Below are positions 43,477-54,497 of a stretch of 64,000 nt of DNA, one piece after another. The DNA comes from an uncultured bacterium. GTDB taxonomy: Bacteria; Babelota; Babeliae; Babelales; JACPOV01. Position numbers and translations under genes: made by a program. Each line of letters starts with the position of its first letter. Positions within the stretch are counted from its first letter, which is position 1. The notes below the pieces were generated by a model, which saw only the letters and a program-made list of their open reading frames with translations, made no database searches and had not been told where the DNA came from. The stretch is from the NCBI GenBank assembly GCA_963744715.1, contig CAVUUR010000009.1:64001-128000 (forward strand), read 5' to 3'.

Positions 43477-43743
43477 ATGGTTGAAGTAGAAAAAACCAAA
43501 AAACAAATTTTTCGCGGACGCGTAATTTCAGACAAAATGGATAAAACTATTATTGTTGAACATGATAGAACGTATAGAGATCCGCAGGTTCACAAGGTTG
43601 TGCAGATAACTAAAAAATATAAGGTGCACGACCAACAAGAACGAGCCAAAGTAGGTGATATTGTTGAGTTTTATGAAGGCCGCCCGCTTTCAAAAACAAA
43701 ATATATGTATTTAGCTCAGATTATTACTGAGAACAAGGATTAA
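43477..43743 (+). CDS. rpsQ: 30S ribosomal protein S17
   Basis: SDKMDKT, RPLSKTK. Confidence 0.96.
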   Translation: MVEVEKTKKQIFRGRVISDKMDKTIIVEHDRTYRDPQVHKVVQITKKYKVHDQQERAKVGDIVEFYEGRPLSKTKYMYLAQIITENKD

Positions 43744-43756
43744 TTGAGGTAACAAC

Positions 43757-44140
43757 ATGATACAAAAGCAAACTTATTTAGAAGTTGCAGATAACTCAGG
43801 AGCTAAAGAGGTGCAGTGCATTCACATCGTAGGAGGCACTCGCAAGCGATATGCATACCTTGGAGATAGAATTAAATGCGCAGTAAAAAGAGCTATTCCG
43901 GGTGGCTTAGTAAAAAAGGGACAAGTGGTAGACGCAGTGATTGTGCGTACGGTAAAAGAATTTCGTCGTGAAGATGGTAGCTACATACGTTTTAGCGATA
44001 ACGCGGCAGTAATTCTTGATAAAGAAGGTAAGCCAGTTGGTACGCGAATTTTTGGACCTATCGCACGGGAATTACGTCCAAAAAATAAAGAAAAAGCAAA
44101 ATATTCAGACATAGTTTCTCGTGCTCCAGAAGTTTTATAG
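43757..44140 (+). CDS. rplN: 50S ribosomal protein L14
   Basis: VADNSGA, GTRIFGP.AREL. Confidence 0.97.
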   Translation: MIQKQTYLEVADNSGAKEVQCIHIVGGTRKRYAYLGDRIKCAVKRAIPGGLVKKGQVVDAVIVRTVKEFRREDGSYIRFSDNAAVILDKEGKPVGTRIFGPIARELRPKNKEKAKYSDIVSRAPEVL

Positions 44141-44150
44141 TGAGGTTATT

Positions 44151-44462
44151 ATGATGCGTATAAAGAAAAATGATACTGTTTGCATTATAACGGGTAAAGA
44201 TAAAAATAAAACAGGAAAAGTAATTGAAATTTTGCATAAAAAAGATAAAGTAATGATTAAAGGTCTTGCCCTTTCTACGAAACATCTTAAACCACGTAGA
44301 CAAGGTGAGGTTGCTGGTATTAAAGAAGTGGAAAATTATATACATAGTTCAAAAGTTATGCCAGTATGTACTTCTTGTAATAAGCCTGTTCGTGTGAATG
44401 CAAAAACGATTGATACTGGTCAGAAAGTTAGAATTTGTAATCAGTGCAAAGAAATTTTTTAA
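44151..44462 (+). CDS. rplX: 50S ribosomal protein L24
   Basis: KOW motif IKKNDTV..ITGKDK. Confidence 0.94.
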   Translation: MMRIKKNDTVCIITGKDKNKTGKVIEILHKKDKVMIKGLALSTKHLKPRRQGEVAGIKEVENYIHSSKVMPVCTSCNKPVRVNAKTIDTGQKVRICNQCKEIF

Positions 44463-44480
44463 GGTTTTCAAGGATTATCA

Positions 44481-45026
44481 ATGGCTCAAGTGCGCTTAGA
44501 AGAATTATATAGACAGTCGGTTCCTCAACTACAAAAAGATTTAGGCTTTGCTAACGTTATGGAAGTGCCAAAGTTATTAAAGATTGTTCTTAATGTAGGA
44601 ATAAAAGAATCCGACAGTAAAGTGATGAAAACAGTAGTAAAAATAATCGAGCGTATTTCTGGCCAAATGCCAGTAAAAACTCTTGCAAAAAAGTCTATTG
44701 CAGGATTCAAAATTAGAGAGGGAATGCCTCTTGGCGTTATGGTAACATTACGCAAAAAAAGAATGTATGAATTTTTGGATAGACTTATTAGTTTAGCGTT
44801 GCCAAAAGTTAAAGATTTCCAAGGGATTTCATTAAAGTCTTTTGATGGACGTGGAAATTATAATCTCGGTATTAAAGAATGGATTATTTTTCCTGAAGCA
44901 GAAAGTAATGTTGATGAATTTGTTGGTGGATTAAATATAACAATCCATACAACGGCAAAAAAAGATAAAGAAGGCTTATTGTTACTTAAGAGTTTCGGCA
45001 TGCCTTTTGTTAAAGCAAAGAATTGA
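44481..45026 (+). CDS. rplE: 50S ribosomal protein L5
   Basis: KSIAGFKIREG, FDGRGNY. Confidence 0.97.
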   Translation: MAQVRLEELYRQSVPQLQKDLGFANVMEVPKLLKIVLNVGIKESDSKVMKTVVKIIERISGQMPVKTLAKKSIAGFKIREGMPLGVMVTLRKKRMYEFLDRLISLALPKVKDFQGISLKSFDGRGNYNLGIKEWIIFPEAESNVDEFVGGLNITIHTTAKKDKEGLLLLKSFGMPFVKAKN

Positions 45027-45035
45027 GGTCTTGCA

Positions 45036-45221
45036 ATGGCTAGAAAAGCAATGATAGAAAAATCGAATAAAACACCTAAATTTGCTGTTCGACAAAGAAA
45101 CAGATGTAAATTATGTGGTAGACCTCGTGGATATATGCGGTTATTTAAAATGTGTAGGATGTGTTTTAGAAAGTCAGCTTTAGATGGATTAATGCCTGGC
45201 GTGAAGAAATTAAGTTGGTAA
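45036..45221 (+). CDS. rpsN: 30S ribosomal protein S14 (Zn-binding type Z)
   Basis: [10 protein letters not shown]...CRMCFR. Confidence 0.96.
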   Translation: MARKAMIEKSNKTPKFAVRQRNRCKLCGRPRGYMRLFKMCRMCFRKSALDGLMPGVKKLSW

Positions 45222-45243
45222 ACCATAAAGGAATTAGAAATAT

Positions 45244-45636
45244 ATGGATTCAATTGGAGACTTTTTAACCATTATCCGTAATGGACTTATGCTTGGCAAG
45301 CCATCGATAGTTGATTCATATTCAACAATGAAATTTAATATTGCGCAAGTTCTTAAGCGTGAAGGTTTTATTAAAGGTTTTGAAATTACTGATAGTGAAA
45401 CTCCTGCTAAAAAGAAAATTGCTATTCTTTTAAAATATGTTGATGGTGAATCTGTTATTCATGAAATTACGAGAGCAAGTAAGCCAGGTAGACGTTATTA
45501 TGCAAAAAGTAAAAATATAAAACCAGTAATAGGAAAATTAGGAATATCTATTCTCACGACCAATAAAGGCATTATTACAGACAAGCAAGCTGCAGAATTG
45601 TCTGTTGGTGGGGAAGTTATTTGCTCAGTTTGGTAA
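45244..45636 (+). CDS. rpsH: 30S ribosomal protein S8
   Basis: LTIIRN, SKPGRR.Y, GGEVIC. Confidence 0.96.
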   Translation: MDSIGDFLTIIRNGLMLGKPSIVDSYSTMKFNIAQVLKREGFIKGFEITDSETPAKKKIAILLKYVDGESVIHEITRASKPGRRYYAKSKNIKPVIGKLGISILTTNKGIITDKQAAELSVGGEVICSVW

Positions 45637-45646
45637 AGGTGCTTTG

Positions 45647-46186
45647 ATGTCTAAAATTGGAAGAAAACCAATTGATTTGGGAACTGTTCAGGTTGAACTG
45701 AAAAATAATACCGTTTTTTACAAAGGTAAAAAAGGATCAGGGGAACACGTTTTGCCTAGCGCTTTACGTGCGCACCTTATTGATCATGCGCTGAAATTAG
45801 AGTGTTTGGAATCATCTAGAAAAAATAACATGTTATGGGGACTTCATAGAGCTCTCCTTGCTAATGAAATTCAAGGAATTGATTCTGGTTTCCAAGAAGT
45901 TGTTAATATTAGTGGATTAGGTTTTAAAGCTGTTTTGGCTGGTAAGGTATTGACCTTTTCATTGGGGTACAGTCATAAAATTCAATTTCCATTGCCAGAA
46001 GGCATAGATGTTGAAGTTGATAAAACTGGTCAAAATGTAACTATTAAGGGCAAAAATCGTCAGTTAGTAGGTTTAACAGCTTCTAAAATTCGAGCATTAA
46101 GACCAGTTGAGCCGTATAAGGCTACTGGAATAAAGAGAGCAGGGGAAGTAGTTTTACGCAAAGCTGGAAAAACAAAAGCTGCTTAA
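45647..46186 (+). CDS. rplF: 50S ribosomal protein L6
   Basis: MSKIGRKPI, LGYSH, EPYKATGI. Confidence 0.96.
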   Translation: MSKIGRKPIDLGTVQVELKNNTVFYKGKKGSGEHVLPSALRAHLIDHALKLECLESSRKNNMLWGLHRALLANEIQGIDSGFQEVVNISGLGFKAVLAGKVLTFSLGYSHKIQFPLPEGIDVEVDKTGQNVTIKGKNRQLVGLTASKIRALRPVEPYKATGIKRAGEVVLRKAGKTKAA

Positions 46187-46205
46187 TAGGTAATAAGGGT
46201 TAATC

Positions 46206-46556
46206 GTGTCTTTACTAAGAAAACTTAAAATAAAAAGAGAAAAACGAGCTCAAAGAGTTCACAAAGCTATTAAAAAGAGTGAATTATTGAGAGTTTCTGT
46301 TTTTAAAAGCCTTAATCACATTTATGGTCAAATAATTGATGACAGCAAGCAAGTTACCTTAGTAAGTTGCTCGTCATTAGAATTAGATGCTAAGGGTGAC
46401 AAAAAATCAGTCGCGAAGGCCGTTGGATTAGAGCTTGCGCGCAGAGCAATTGATAAAGGATTGCAGAAAGTGGCTTTTGATAGGGGTCGTTTTTCGTATC
46501 AAGGACGTATTAAAGAGCTTGCTGAAGGACTTCGCGAGGGTGGGCTAACCGTTTAA
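46206..46556 (+). CDS. rplR: 50S ribosomal protein L18
   Basis: QIIDD, FDRG, GRIK.LAE. Confidence 0.95.
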   Translation: MSLLRKLKIKREKRAQRVHKAIKKSELLRVSVFKSLNHIYGQIIDDSKQVTLVSCSSLELDAKGDKKSVAKAVGLELARRAIDKGLQKVAFDRGRFSYQGRIKELAEGLREGGLTV

Positions 46557-46580
46557 CAAGATGATAATTTAGGAAAAAAT

Positions 46581-47099
46581 ATGTCTCAGGATCGTAAAGA
46601 AAAAAATTTTTTAGACACCGTTGTTAGTGTCAGACGAGTTACAAAAGTTACTAAGGGTGGAAAAAGATTTTCATTCTCAGCTTTTGTAGTATCAGGTGAT
46701 CAACAAGGTAACGTTGGTTTTGGAATAGGCAAAAGTAACGAAGTTTCGTCAGCTATTGCTAAAGGCACTATAAAGGCCCGTAAAGATATGGTTGCAATAC
46801 CAATTCGTAATAAGACAATTTCTTATAGTATTGTGGGTAAACACGGTGCTAGTAAAGTTCTTATTAAATCTGCTTGCAAAGGTACAGGCGTTATTGCCGG
46901 CGGTGCGGTTCGTGCTATTATGAAAGCAGCGGGAATAGAAGATGTTTTAGCTAAATCTTTTGGATCTTCTAATAAACAAAATGTTGTTAAAGCAGCACTT
47001 AATGCTTTAGCTAAATTACGTAGTATTCAACAAATAGGGCATTTGCGAGGAAAAACTATTGAAGAAATAGTGAAGGGAAGCCATGTCTCAGTTAAGTAG
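46581..47099 (+). CDS. rpsE: 30S ribosomal protein S5
   Basis: [20 protein letters not shown]. Confidence 0.97.
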   Translation: MSQDRKEKNFLDTVVSVRRVTKVTKGGKRFSFSAFVVSGDQQGNVGFGIGKSNEVSSAIAKGTIKARKDMVAIPIRNKTISYSIVGKHGASKVLIKSACKGTGVIAGGAVRAIMKAAGIEDVLAKSFGSSNKQNVVKAALNALAKLRSIQQIGHLRGKTIEEIVKGSHVSVK

Positions 47100-47530
47100 T
47101 TTGACAAGTTTAGTCAAAAAAAGAAAAAGAATTGGACGAGGTGGGAGCAGAGGGGGTACTTCTGGTAGAGGTAATAAAGGACAAAAGGCGCGCACCGGTC
47201 ATTCAACGATGAGAGCCGCTTTTGAAGGCGGTCAAATGCCATTGGTCCGTCGTCTGCCAAAACGCGGTTTTAATAATAAGCCATTTCAAAAAGAATTCGA
47301 AATTATAAATATTGATAGACTTGGAACTTCTATTTGAAATGGGTGAACAGTTACTAAAGATGCATTAATTGAAAAAGGTGCAATTAGAGGTAAAAAGGGC
47401 GCATTATTAAAGGTACTGGGAAATGGTTCTTTAGTAAAAAAATTATCGTTCATGCAGATGCTATTAGTAAAAATGCAAAAAAGCAATAGAAAAGTGTGGC
47501 GGAGAGGTTCAATTAACCAAGGAGATTTAA
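47083..47530 (+). CDS. rplO: 50S ribosomal protein L15 (indels in the 3' half)
   Basis: [32 protein letters not shown] in a shifted frame. Confidence 0.92.
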
Positions 47531-47533
47531 GTA

Positions 47534-48851
47534 GTGATTCTCTTTAAGAATTTTAAAAATATTTTTTTTATTCCGGAGTTAAGAAAAAAATTTCTTGTTT
47601 ACTTTAGGAGTTTTTATTGTTTAACAGGCTTGGGAATCATTATTCCTGTCATAGGAGTAAATGTTCCTTTGCTGGGTGAATATATGAAACGAGCAACTGG
47701 CGTTAGTGGTTTGCTTGGTTATTTGGATATTTTTTCTGGTGGAGCACTGAGTAAAGCAACAGTATTTGCTTTGGGAATTATGCCTTATATTACTGCTTCT
47801 ATTATGATGCAAATGTTGGGAATGACCATTCCTTATCTTGAGCAGTTGTTAAAAGAAGGAGAATACGGGCGTAAAATTATTAATCAGTACACGAGATATT
47901 TAGCTCTCGCATTGAGCGTAATGTACAGTTCTGGTTATGCTTTATACCTTGAAAATGCAAATCTTGTTATTAACTCCAGGATTGGCATTTAAGTAATATT
48001 TATTCTATCCTTAATGGTTGGTTCGTTATTTGTTATGTGGCTTGCTGATCAAATATCATTACATGGTATTGGTAATGGCAGTTCGATGATTGTTTTTGCA
48101 GGTATTGTTTCTCGATTCCCTGAATATTTTATTAAGACAATAAGCGCTTGTTGATGTTGGCACAATGGAATTCTGGCAAGCCTTGCTTATTTTGCTTATT
48201 TTCATCTTTATTACTGGTTGCATTGTCTTTCTTGAAAAGGGTGATCGTAAAGTTCCTGTGCAATATGCGCGCCGCGTTGTAGGGCAACGAGTGTATGGTG
48301 GTCAAAGTACCTACATACCTTTTAAAATTAACACAGCAGGTATTATGCCCGTTATTTTTGCATCATCGGTGCTTCAATTGCCAGCTACATTAGCAGTAAT
48401 GTTATCTTCTTACGGAGATGTATTCAGAAAGTTTGCAGACATGATCTCTCCCGGTGCAATTCTTTTTAACGTTATCGAGTTTTTTCTGATTGTTTTCTTC
48501 TCTTTTTTCTACACGGCATTAGTTTTTAATCCGGAAGAATTGGCTGAAAACATTAAAAAAGGTGGCGGCTATATTTTAGGAATACGTCCAGGTAAAAAAA
48601 CGGCAGAATTTTTTAATTATATTCTCACGCGAATAGGATTGGTTGGTTCTGTTTATTTAGCATTCTTAGCTCTTTTACCTAATATAATGTATGCCCTTTT
48701 TAGAATGCCATTTTATTTAAGCGGAACTTCTCTGCTTATCGTTGTAGGTGTAGCACTGGAAACGTTTGCTCAAATAGAGTCATATTTAATAGAGCATCGT
48801 TATGAAGGTTTTTTAACAACAGGAAGATTAAAAAGTAGGATTGCGCGTTGA
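47534..48851 (+). CDS. secY: Preprotein translocase SecY (indels)
   Basis: ALGIMPYITASI, GIGNGSS, GIRPGKKT, GTSLLIVVGV. Confidence 0.95.
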
Positions 48852-49531
48852 GCATAAGTAAAGAAATTATTGTCTTTATAGGGCCTCCTGGTTCAGGAAA
48901 AGGGTCATTATCCAATTTATGTATTAATCAGTTTGGGTGGATTCAACTATCAACTGGGTTTTTATGTAGAAAACATATAGCTGAACAGACGGAAATAGGC
49001 AAACAAATAGATTTTTTTATTAAATCTGGTAAGCTCATAACTGATAGCCTCGTTATTGCTATGGTAGATGATTGGTTAATAACATCTATTGATAACTATA
49101 AGGGGGTTGTTTTAGATGGGTTTCCCCGTACAATAGCGCAAGCAGAAGCGCTTGATATAATTATTCAGAAAAAAGTGCCATCGTGCAGATTGCATGTAAT
49201 TAAATTATCAATTTCTGATGATTGTGTCGTAGAACGTTTGTCACGTCGCTTTATTTGCAAAAATAAAGATTGCCAAATGGTTTATTCTATGACGACTCAA
49301 GCTGATTTAGGGCCAAAAAAACCTAATGAATGTGACTATTGCACCGGCGAACTTGTTCGTAGACCCGATGATGATAGTGCAATAGTTCGTGAGCGGCTTA
49401 AATCGTATCATAGCTATGAAAAAAATTTGCTTAATTTTTTTGTAAATAGTGGAAAAACTATTACGCAAATAAATGTAGAAAAGCCGCTATATGAAGTTTT
49501 TGAAGATTTTAAGAAAATGATTGGTGTGTAA
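48848..49531 (+). CDS. adk: Adenylate kinase
   Basis: GPPGSGKG, LDGFPRT, Cys-containing lid. Confidence 0.95.
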   Translation: MSISKEIIVFIGPPGSGKGSLSNLCINQFGWIQLSTGFLCRKHIAEQTEIGKQIDFFIKSGKLITDSLVIAMVDDWLITSIDNYKGVVLDGFPRTIAQAEALDIIIQKKVPSCRLHVIKLSISDDCVVERLSRRFICKNKDCQMVYSMTTQADLGPKKPNECDYCTGELVRRPDDDSAIVRERLKSYHSYEKNLLNFFVNSGKTITQINVEKPLYEVFEDFKKMIGV

Positions 49532-49536
49532 CTTTC

Positions 49537-50295
49537 ATGATAACCATTAAAAATAAGCTTGCAATACAAAAAATGCAGACAGCAGGCGCATTGCTTGCAG
49601 AAATTTTTAGTGAACTAAGTACCTTAATGGTAGATGGTTTATCAACGCTTGAGCTTGATTGCCACATAGAGCGTATGCTTAATGATAGACATTTAGTTTC
49701 GCAAACAAAAGGGTACAAAAGTTATAAACATGTTAGTTGTATATCGGTTAATGATGAGGTTGTGCATGGCGTTCCTCAAGCTAATAAAATAATGCGTACC
49801 GGTGATTTGATAAAAGTTGATATTTGCGCTGCTTGGAAAGGATATTGTGCTGATGGAGCACGATGTTTTTTTATAGGTAAGCCTTCTTCAGAAAATGCTC
49901 AGCATTTAGTAGCAATAGCTCAGGAAGCATTGGAAGAAGGTATAAAAAAAGCAATACCAGGCAATAGAGTTTCCGATATTTCAGCAGCAATTCAAAAAAA
50001 AGTTGAAGATCATGGATACAGTGTTATTCGTGATTTTGCGGGACATGGTATAGGTAAATCTATGCATGAAGAGCCAGAGATTCTTAACTATGGCAAACCT
50101 GGCCAGGGTCCAGTATTAATGGCGGGGATGACATTTGCTCTTGAGCCTATGATAGCGCTTGGTAAACATAACGTTTACGTTGCGCATGATGGATGGACTG
50201 TAAAAACTATTGATAGAAGTTTGGCAGCTCATGTTGAAGATACTATTCTTATTTCACATGATGGACCAAAAATTTTAACTCGAAATGGGCAATAA
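49537..50295 (+). CDS. map: Methionine aminopeptidase type I
   Basis: [29 protein letters not shown]. Confidence 0.96.
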   Translation: MITIKNKLAIQKMQTAGALLAEIFSELSTLMVDGLSTLELDCHIERMLNDRHLVSQTKGYKSYKHVSCISVNDEVVHGVPQANKIMRTGDLIKVDICAAWKGYCADGARCFFIGKPSSENAQHLVAIAQEALEEGIKKAIPGNRVSDISAAIQKKVEDHGYSVIRDFAGHGIGKSMHEEPEILNYGKPGQGPVLMAGMTFALEPMIALGKHNVYVAHDGWTVKTIDRSLAAHVEDTILISHDGPKILTRNGQ

Positions 50296-50302
50296 GGGTT
50301 GT

Positions 50303-50530
50303 ATGAAATCAAAAAAAGAAGATGTTATCAAAGTTGATGGCATAGTAAAAGAGACGTTGTCGAATGCTATGTTTAGGGTGGAAATTGAAGGTGGACATGT
50401 AATTTTAGCGCATGTTTCCGGTAAAATGCGCATGCATTATATAAAAATTTTACCCGGGGATAAGGTTGCCTTAGAGCTTTCACCTTATGATTTGACACGG
50501 GGAAGAATTGTATTGCGTTATAAAAATTAA
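50303..50530 (+). CDS. infA: Translation initiation factor IF-1
   Basis: SGKMR...[19 protein letters not shown]. Confidence 0.97.
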   Translation: MKSKKEDVIKVDGIVKETLSNAMFRVEIEGGHVILAHVSGKMRMHYIKILPGDKVALELSPYDLTRGRIVLRYKN

Positions 50531-50551
50531 ATTAGGTGTAAAGGAATTATT

Positions 50552-50668
50552 ATGAAGGTTAGAACATCAGTAAAAAAAGTGTGTTCAAATTGTCGCGTGG
50601 TAAAACGTAAGCGTATCGTCAGGATTATTTGTGAAAAAAATCCACGGCATAAGCAACGTCAAGGATAA
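50552..50668 (+). CDS. rpmJ: 50S ribosomal protein L36
   Basis: Manual translation [38 protein letters not shown]. Confidence 0.96.
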   Translation: MKVRTSVKKVCSNCRVVKRKRIVRIICEKNPRHKQRQG

Positions 50669-50704
50669 ATATGAAACTATCGGGTATTCAAGAGGATTTT
50701 TGGT

Positions 50705-51094
50705 ATGGCACGAATTGAAGGTGTTAATTTACCGCAAAAAAAGAGAATCGAATATGGGCTTACATATCTTTTTGGTATAGGTTTAAAGACCTCGCAAGAT
50801 ATTTTAAAAAAACTTCGTATTGATTTTGATAAACGAGTTAAAGATCTCAGTAACGAAGAAATAGCCTCCATTCAAAGAGAAGTTTCTCAAAATTATAAAA
50901 CTGAAGGTGAGTTGCGTAAGGAAATTTCTACAAATATTAAACGTTTGCAAGAAATCGGTTCTTATCGTGGCTTAAGGCATAAAAAGGGATTGCCAGTTCG
51001 TGGTCAGCGTACAAAAACTAATGCGCGAACACGCAAAGGTCCTCGTAAAGCGGGTAGTGCTATAGCCTTGAAACGTGCGGTAACTAAGAAATAA
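50705..51094 (+). CDS. rpsM: 30S ribosomal protein S13
   Basis: [15 protein letters not shown]. Confidence 0.97.
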   Translation: MARIEGVNLPQKKRIEYGLTYLFGIGLKTSQDILKKLRIDFDKRVKDLSNEEIASIQREVSQNYKTEGELRKEISTNIKRLQEIGSYRGLRHKKGLPVRGQRTKTNARTRKGPRKAGSAIALKRAVTKK

Positions 51095-51125
51095 TTAATG
51101 AAAAATTAATCTAGGTAACGAAATA

Positions 51126-51506
51126 ATGGCTTATCAAAAGAAAACAAAAAAAGTAAAACGAACCGTACAGTCGGTTATTGCGCATATTCAGTCTACATTC
51201 AATAATACTATCGTTTCTATTACAACACCTGAAGGCGATGTTTTATTAAAGGGTAGTGCCGGACAATTAGCAAAAGGCGCCCGTAAAGGAACCCCTTTTT
51301 CGGCTACTCAAATAGGTAATTCATTGGCTAAAGATATGCTTGATATGGGTATTAAAGACGTTGAAGTAAAAATGAAGGGCCCTGGTTCTGGAAGAGATTC
51401 AGTGGTACGTTCTTTTCAGACTTCAGGATTACATATTACTTCTTTAAGTGATGTTACACCATTGCCTCATAATGGTACTCGTTCACCAAAGAAACGTAGA
51501 GTTTAA
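51126..51506 (+). CDS. rpsK: 30S ribosomal protein S11
   Basis: STFNNT, GPGSGR, DVTPLPHNG. Confidence 0.97.
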   Translation: MAYQKKTKKVKRTVQSVIAHIQSTFNNTIVSITTPEGDVLLKGSAGQLAKGARKGTPFSATQIGNSLAKDMLDMGIKDVEVKMKGPGSGRDSVVRSFQTSGLHITSLSDVTPLPHNGTRSPKKRRV

Positions 51507-51518
51507 TATAAGGATATT

Positions 51519-52067
51519 ATGAAATTAAAAGCTACAACTAAAGTGCAAGAACAACAATTAGAGAGAGTAAATAAGCGTTCATCAGAATATGGTAAACAGC
51601 TTGATGAAAAACAACGCGCGAAAAGAACGTATGGTCTTCTTGAGCGTCAATTTAAACGTTTTTTTATTATGGCAACAAAAAGCCAAGAAGCAACGGGACA
51701 TGCTTTATTAAGTTTGCTTGAACGCAGAATTGATAATGTGTTGTATCGTCTTAAATTTTCTATTTCACGCGCGCAAGCACGACAAATCGTTGTTCACGGG
51801 CATGTTTTAGTAAATGGCAAAAAAGTTTATTCTCCTTCATATTTGGTTGCTATGAATGATGAAATAACCTTGGCTCCTAATGTTCTTGATAAAAAAGAAT
51901 TTTTGGACCAAGTCATTGATAAAAGACTTAAAATTGGTATTAAAGTTCCTGAATGGTTGGAACTTGATAAAAAAGATCGTATAGGCCGTGTATTGCGTAT
52001 GCCAGTGCGTTCAGATATTCAAATGCCAATTGAAGAGCATTTGATTGTAGAGTTATATTCTAAATAA
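51519..52067 (+). CDS. rpsD: 30S ribosomal protein S4 (short N-terminus)
   Basis: SEYG.QL.EKQ, LERRIDN, ARQ.V.HGH, IVELYSK. Confidence 0.95.
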   Translation: MKLKATTKVQEQQLERVNKRSSEYGKQLDEKQRAKRTYGLLERQFKRFFIMATKSQEATGHALLSLLERRIDNVLYRLKFSISRAQARQIVVHGHVLVNGKKVYSPSYLVAMNDEITLAPNVLDKKEFLDQVIDKRLKIGIKVPEWLELDKKDRIGRVLRMPVRSDIQMPIEEHLIVELYSK

Positions 52068-52134
52068 TGCCTAAATTGGTAGGCTTTTTATAATCTCATG
52101 TATTTATTATTTGAGAATACGGGTAGGGAGAATC

Positions 52135-53186
52135 ATGAATAGGAAGGAGTATAAACCTTTAACAATTCCACGACTTTCGTGGGATAAAAAAACATTAACT
52201 ACCAGTTATGGTGAACTTATGGTACAGCCGTTGGAACCTGGGTTTGGTATAACATTGGGGAATGCAATTCGTCGTCTTTTATTGGGTGGGGTGGAAGGTT
52301 CAGCTATTACAGCAGTCGTTATCAAGAGCGTAAATAATGAATTTACTTCTTTACCTGGCGTGATAGAAGATACCATGCACGTTATTCTCAATATTAAAGA
52401 GATTGTTGTTCGCAACAAAGAAGGAATTCCTGGCAAAATGCATTTAACGATGCAAGGAGAAGGTGTTGCTCGCGTTGCTGACATTAAAGGCTGACCATCA
52501 TTTAGAGCTTAGTTAATAAAGATCATATTATTGCTCATGTTGCGCCAGGTGGTGATCTTTAAATATTGAATTTTTTGTTGAATCTGGCAGAGGATATCGT
52601 CCGGCACAATGGCCTGAAGGAAAACCGTTACAAGAAGATGGTAGAATTTATTTAGATGCTATGTTTTCTCCGGTGCGTAAGGTAACTTTTGATGTTGAGA
52701 AAACTCGTGTTGGTAAAGAAATTGACTATGATAAACTTATACTTAAAGTTACATACCGACGGTTCTGAAAATCCACTTGGATGTATTGCACTATGCGGTA
52801 TCAGTATTGCGTACGCAACTTGAACATTTCTTAGCAAGCGCAGAAATTCCATTTAATGAAATTTCTGCAGCACCTGAAGAAGAATATTGAAAAGCCGATA
52901 GAAGCAGCATGAATTTAGGCTTAAAAGGTATTCCTCCTGATTTATTTTAAAGCCAATTGATGAATTAGAACTTTCAGTGCGTGCGCATAATTGTTTGATT
53001 AATGCAGGTAAAAAACGAATTATTGATTTAGTAAATATGACTGAAGATGAAGTATTAAAAATTAAGAACTTCGGTCGTAAATCATTAAGTGAAGTTAAAG
53101 AAAGTATGAAAGCATTTGGTCTTTCTTTAGGAATGAATATCAACGAATCTGATATTAAAAAACTTGTCAAAAACCAAGAAGAATAG
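52135..53186 (+). CDS. rpoA: RNA polymerase alpha subunit (indels)
   Basis: PLEPGFG.TLGNA.RR.LL, DAMFSPV, LELSVRAHNCL, NFGRKSL. Confidence 0.95.
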
Positions 53187-53212
53187 GCCAACAAGGCAAA
53201 CTAGGTGAAATT

Positions 53213-53571
53213 ATGAAACATCAAATTGGATAGAAAAAAATTAAATATGAAGCCATCGCATAAGCGATCGATGTTTCGTAATCAAGTAATTACATCTTAT
53301 TACGTATGGTCATGTTGTTACTACAAAAGCACGTGTTCAAGAAGTGCGTAAGATTTGTTGAACGATTAGTTACTATTGCTCGCAAAGGTAATACGTTCAA
53401 TGGAGACGCCATGTCAAATCAATATTGCCTTATAAAAATGAGGCATTAGTTAAGTTATTTGTTGAAATAGCACCTAAATACGTTGATCGTCCCGGTGGCT
53501 ATACCCGCGTGATTCCTATGGGCCATCGCGTCAGTGATACTGCCCGCATAGCTAGGTTAGAATGGGTTTAA
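53213..53571 (+). CDS. rplQ: 50S ribosomal protein L17 (indels)
   Basis: KLFVEIAPKYVDRPGGYTRV...R..D.A; position after rpoA. Confidence 0.9.
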
Positions 53572-53577
53572 TATCCT

Positions 53578-53817
53578 ATGAATGATGATCAAAACTTAAA
53601 AGTTGCTATTTTGGCCCTTATTGATGCTGAAATTAGGCCCAAAATACAGCTTGATGGTGGTGACATCGAACTCATTGATATTAAAGATTCTATTATTCAT
53701 ATAAGATTTCAGGGCGCTTGTGTAGGGTGCCCTTTTTCTTTATATACCCTTATATTGGGTATTCAGCAAAAAATCCAAGAACATTTTCCCTCTATCAAAA
53801 AAGTAGTCCCCGTTTAA
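53578..53817 (+). CDS. NifU/NfuA C-terminal domain protein
   Basis: IRP..QLDGGDIEL, GACVGCP. Confidence 0.9.
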   Translation: MNDDQNLKVAILALIDAEIRPKIQLDGGDIELIDIKDSIIHIRFQGACVGCPFSLYTLILGIQQKIQEHFPSIKKVVPV

Positions 53818-53966
53818 AATTCTGGGCCTGGGCATCTTTTTTTGACCCGAACTATTCATAATTAACAGGTTGCCGCATTAACGGTATTTACCCCATTTGA
53901 TAATAAGTATGCTTTTGATAACATAATTTATGTTAATTATTCATTTTTAAAATATGGGTATTTATT

Positions 53967-54416
53967 ATGAAAATATTACATTTTTTACTTAGTTTACTAA
54001 TCCTATCAACTGCTATAACTCAAAAAGCTTTCGCTAAACCGGCAAGGTTTACACCATCGGAAAAAAATTCTGAGGCATTGATACATCTTGATAAAGGTCA
54101 GAAGGTTATGATGAGTTATCATATCGTCCGCTTTATTAATGATGTTGATCTATTAAAAACTATGGTTAGAGAAATGATAGGAAATGAAGATGAATATGTT
54201 TTAGACGATATTTCTAACCTACTTGATATCGTTGCCAGCACTATAAGCCTATCTGAAAAACAGGTTGCTCTTAATAACTTCAGTGACGCCCTAGGATTGG
54301 ATTATTTTGACCTCAGTGATATTCCTGGGGAGATAGAACGATATTTATGGTTAATTAGGTTTGCGGTGAATTCAATTACAAACTCTGTAAATAGGGTATC
54401 TCGGGTTAAAAAATAG
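53967..54416 (+). CDS. Secreted hypothetical protein, family A member 1
   Basis: Signal ending AFA; KQVALNNFSDALGL shared with 54498. Confidence 0.75.
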   Translation: MKILHFLLSLLILSTAITQKAFAKPARFTPSEKNSEALIHLDKGQKVMMSYHIVRFINDVDLLKTMVREMIGNEDEYVLDDISNLLDIVASTISLSEKQVALNNFSDALGLDYFDLSDIPGEIERYLWLIRFAVNSITNSVNRVSRVKK

Positions 54417-54432
54417 TAAATAATTTGACTAA

Positions 54433-54460
54433 TTGACAATTAATTCTGGTCTGATAAGCT
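54433..54460 (+). promoter_or_regulatory. Sigma70-like promoter, duplicated at 55152
   Basis: TTGACA-N16-TAAGCT with extended TG. Confidence 0.6.
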
Positions 54461-54497
54461 ATATATATGTTTTATCTAACAAAATGGAGTGAATTAT

